Shown piece after piece: positions 60,523 to 64,000 of a stretch of 64,000 bases of DNA. The position numbers and the translations under genes were made by a program. The DNA comes from the human T2T-CHM13v2.0 reference genome, Homo sapiens, in assembly GCF_009914755.1 (NCBI RefSeq), contig NC_060934.1. The stretch is one strand, 5' to 3'. The notes beneath the pieces are model-generated. The model saw only the letters and a program-made list of their open reading frames with translations. It ran no database searches and was not told the origin of the DNA. Position 1 is the stretch's first letter; the number at the start of each line of letters is the position of its first letter.

Positions 60523-61243
60523 TAGGCTTCTTTGAGCTATTCTCTTCCTTTTCTCAATAAAAACTCAAATATCCCAACTTTTCAGTACCCATCTTATTTT
60601 TTCTTTGTACCTATCCAGATGGTACCTAAGTGAAGGAACCAGGTAAGTGCCTAATTGTTTCCTTTGTTAAAGTAGTCAAATCTCAGGACAGTTCCTATTC
60701 AAATATTTGGGGATTTCTTATTTAAAATCAGAATGGAGTTTGCCACGGGAGAGGCTATATGGTATTCTTAATGGGCTGCTTTAAGTCACCTTGATAGAAG
60801 CTGCTTAGTTTCTTCTAACTGTAATTTGAACACAGAAGGAAAAAGAAAAAAGGAGAGTGCTTAAAATAATTGTGAAAGGTGTGAAATGTCACAGCCGGGG
60901 CTGCAGAAAAATGGTTGTGTGTGTGTGTTTGGGGTTTCTCAAAGGAGTTTACCTATGAGGCTCTGATTACTTTAAAATTCTTACTTTAACAGAAAATGTG
61001 TCTCCAGATTTATTCTGGTGACTTAACAGACTTTATTTACCTCCTTGTTCTAAAAGAGAGGTGGGGATTGGTTCATGGTCAAAACTTTCAAAAGACATGA
61101 AATGTCAATGTAGACTTTTAATGTGTAATATAAAGATTGCAGGTTAAAATGTCAGACCTTCCCTGTAAGAGTGTTTGTTGCCGTGGCTCCCCCTTTGTCC
61201 CTTCCCCTCCTGACAATAGCATCTTGTTCAAAGAAGAAAGTTA

Positions 61244-61630
<387 letters not shown>

Positions 61631-62726
61631 TTAGTTGGTTTGCCTCAAAAATTTTGCAAAGAGATGAATCTAAGTAAAAGTAATTCTGGGTAATAATATG
61701 GTTCTTGAATAAAAACTGAAATTTTCAAAATAGAAAACATTGCATCATAAACATATTAAATCCAGTAGGCTTATTGGTTTCATTTAAATGCCAGAGATTT
61801 CATTACTGTAGAGGAAATGTCTTATAGCTCTTCTATTTAAACTTTGGTTGGGCTCTTAATTTTTGAAGAGGTAGGATAATTAAGACTCATTATGAGTGTG
61901 ACTTTGTAACTTGGAAGTACTATCTTCACATTTCAAGATATTTAAGGATTGCTTTAGAATAAACAAATGTATTATGTGAATTAATTGATTGTACCTTTAT
62001 ACACAAAGCATGTAAGTACTTGTGTAAACTTATACTCTGCTTGGTGATGTTCGGAAAGCCTGATGGATGTTACACACCAGTTAGTAGATGGGTAGTGTTG
62101 GATGAGAGCCCAAAAATGGCTCTTTATTGTCATTCTTTAGGATTACAACACAGTTTATGTATGTCTCACTTGGCCCTTTCCAATACAAATAAGGCCTGTG
62201 TATGTTCTCCCTATGTGTTGCTAATGAAGAAATGAAAACTTAGAGATATCACATGACTATGGAAGACAGCTACTCAAGAGAACTAAGGTTCTGTGTCCTC
62301 AGAATGAAATGGAAGTGACAGATATGATGAATTTACTTTTTAAAAATTTTAAAAACTCTAGAATACCTCTTATATTTTGCCTATAAAATAGACCTGTCTT
62401 TTAAAACTTACTGCCATCTTGATTTATTTTATGCAAAGTTGATTTTACACAACTCAAAGCCAAAATTTACCTCTTCTTTTTTTTTTTTTTTTAAATAAAG
62501 GAGGGTGTCATTATGTTACTCATGCTGGCCTCAACTTCCTGACCTGGGTTCAAGTGATTTTCCCATCTCAGCCTCCTGAGTAGCTGGGACTACAAGCATG
62601 TGCCATCTTGCCTGGCTCTGTCTTGTGTCTATACGCTCATTTCAATGGATAAGAATCAAAGTAGAGATAGTGAAATAGCCTAAATGCAGCAGCCGAATAA
62701 ACGAGTTGATAAATTTTTATCAATGA

Positions 62727-62882
<156 letters not shown>

Positions 62883-63634
62883 TGATCAGGTTATAGAAAG
62901 TATTTAGAAAAACTCATATTGGTTTAAAATTTTCATCTTTTCACATGTTCCCTTGTCTTATTTTAATATGTGATATACTTTCCTTTAGTTGTTATGATGT
63001 TAGTGAAAACGTGTAACCTTTTTGTTTATACATTTTGCCATCTTTTTATCAACACAATTAATTTGTGATGTGATGGAGGAGTCATGGATTTCTCTTTATA
63101 ATTCTTGGATTTATCTTTATTTATAATTAATGGATTTATCTTTATTTATAATCCCTTTTCCCTTGCTCCAAAAAGTACATTTTAAAGATGAATGATAGAA
63201 CTTAGGCTTCAGCTTGGTTTTCATTTAAACAAATTAAAAAACATAGTTGTTTATCATCAGGGATTGAATCTGTGATTTGGGCCTCCTCTTACACAGTCCT
63301 CTGACCACATTCATTTACCACATCCAAGTTCATGCTACTCAAAAGTTTTAGGTTATTAACTTTTTCATTTGATATAATGTAAATTTAAACATGCCTTACT
63401 CCTGCTTATTTCCCTTAATGTTATGTTAAATCCTCATTTATTTGCCAACAAGCCATACACAGCCAAGTTTTCCAGTTGACTTAAACAGCAAGAACACAAG
63501 TGAGGGTTCTATAATAATGTGCGAAGTAATGCAGCACAGTAAAACACGGGAGTTTGTAACCTTTGTTTTTATAGTTTGAGTAGACTTTGCCCATCTTGAG
63601 TCAGTTATTTCTGGTTAGAATTTGTCTTCATTTT

Positions 63635-64000
<366 letters not shown>

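Overview
Primate genomic DNA, recognised from memory as human chr10q11.22. It is rich in Alu and L1 repeats. Most of the window (about 5.6-53.8 kb, minus strand) is ZFAND4 (ANUBL1). It has a non-coding exon 1 in a CpG-island promoter, then coding exons 2-8, which I spliced by hand with GT-AG sites and consistent phases (1927 coding nt). The AN1 zinc-finger exons lie left of the window. About 6 kb upstream and head-to-head, the first three coding exons of an AGAP4/CTGLF-family paralogue (probably AGAP10P) start at 59812 on the plus strand. The introns hold about 45 Alus, several L1 fragments, MaLR and MER21-like LTRs, a near-full-length Cheshire-like hAT transposon and a retrocopied 3'UTR. The most notable observation is a 33-codon uORF whose stop overlaps the ZFAND4 start codon (TAATG). 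A strong downstream ATG sits exactly at the Met1 position of a 76-aa ubiquitin-like domain ending in GG-Pro, which suggests translation-controlled exposure of a UFD-type degron. Other candidates are a 24-nt poison microexon in the AGAP paralogue and a stop-free 3n exon flanked by inverted Alus. There are no prokaryotic features. All functional ideas are hypotheses.
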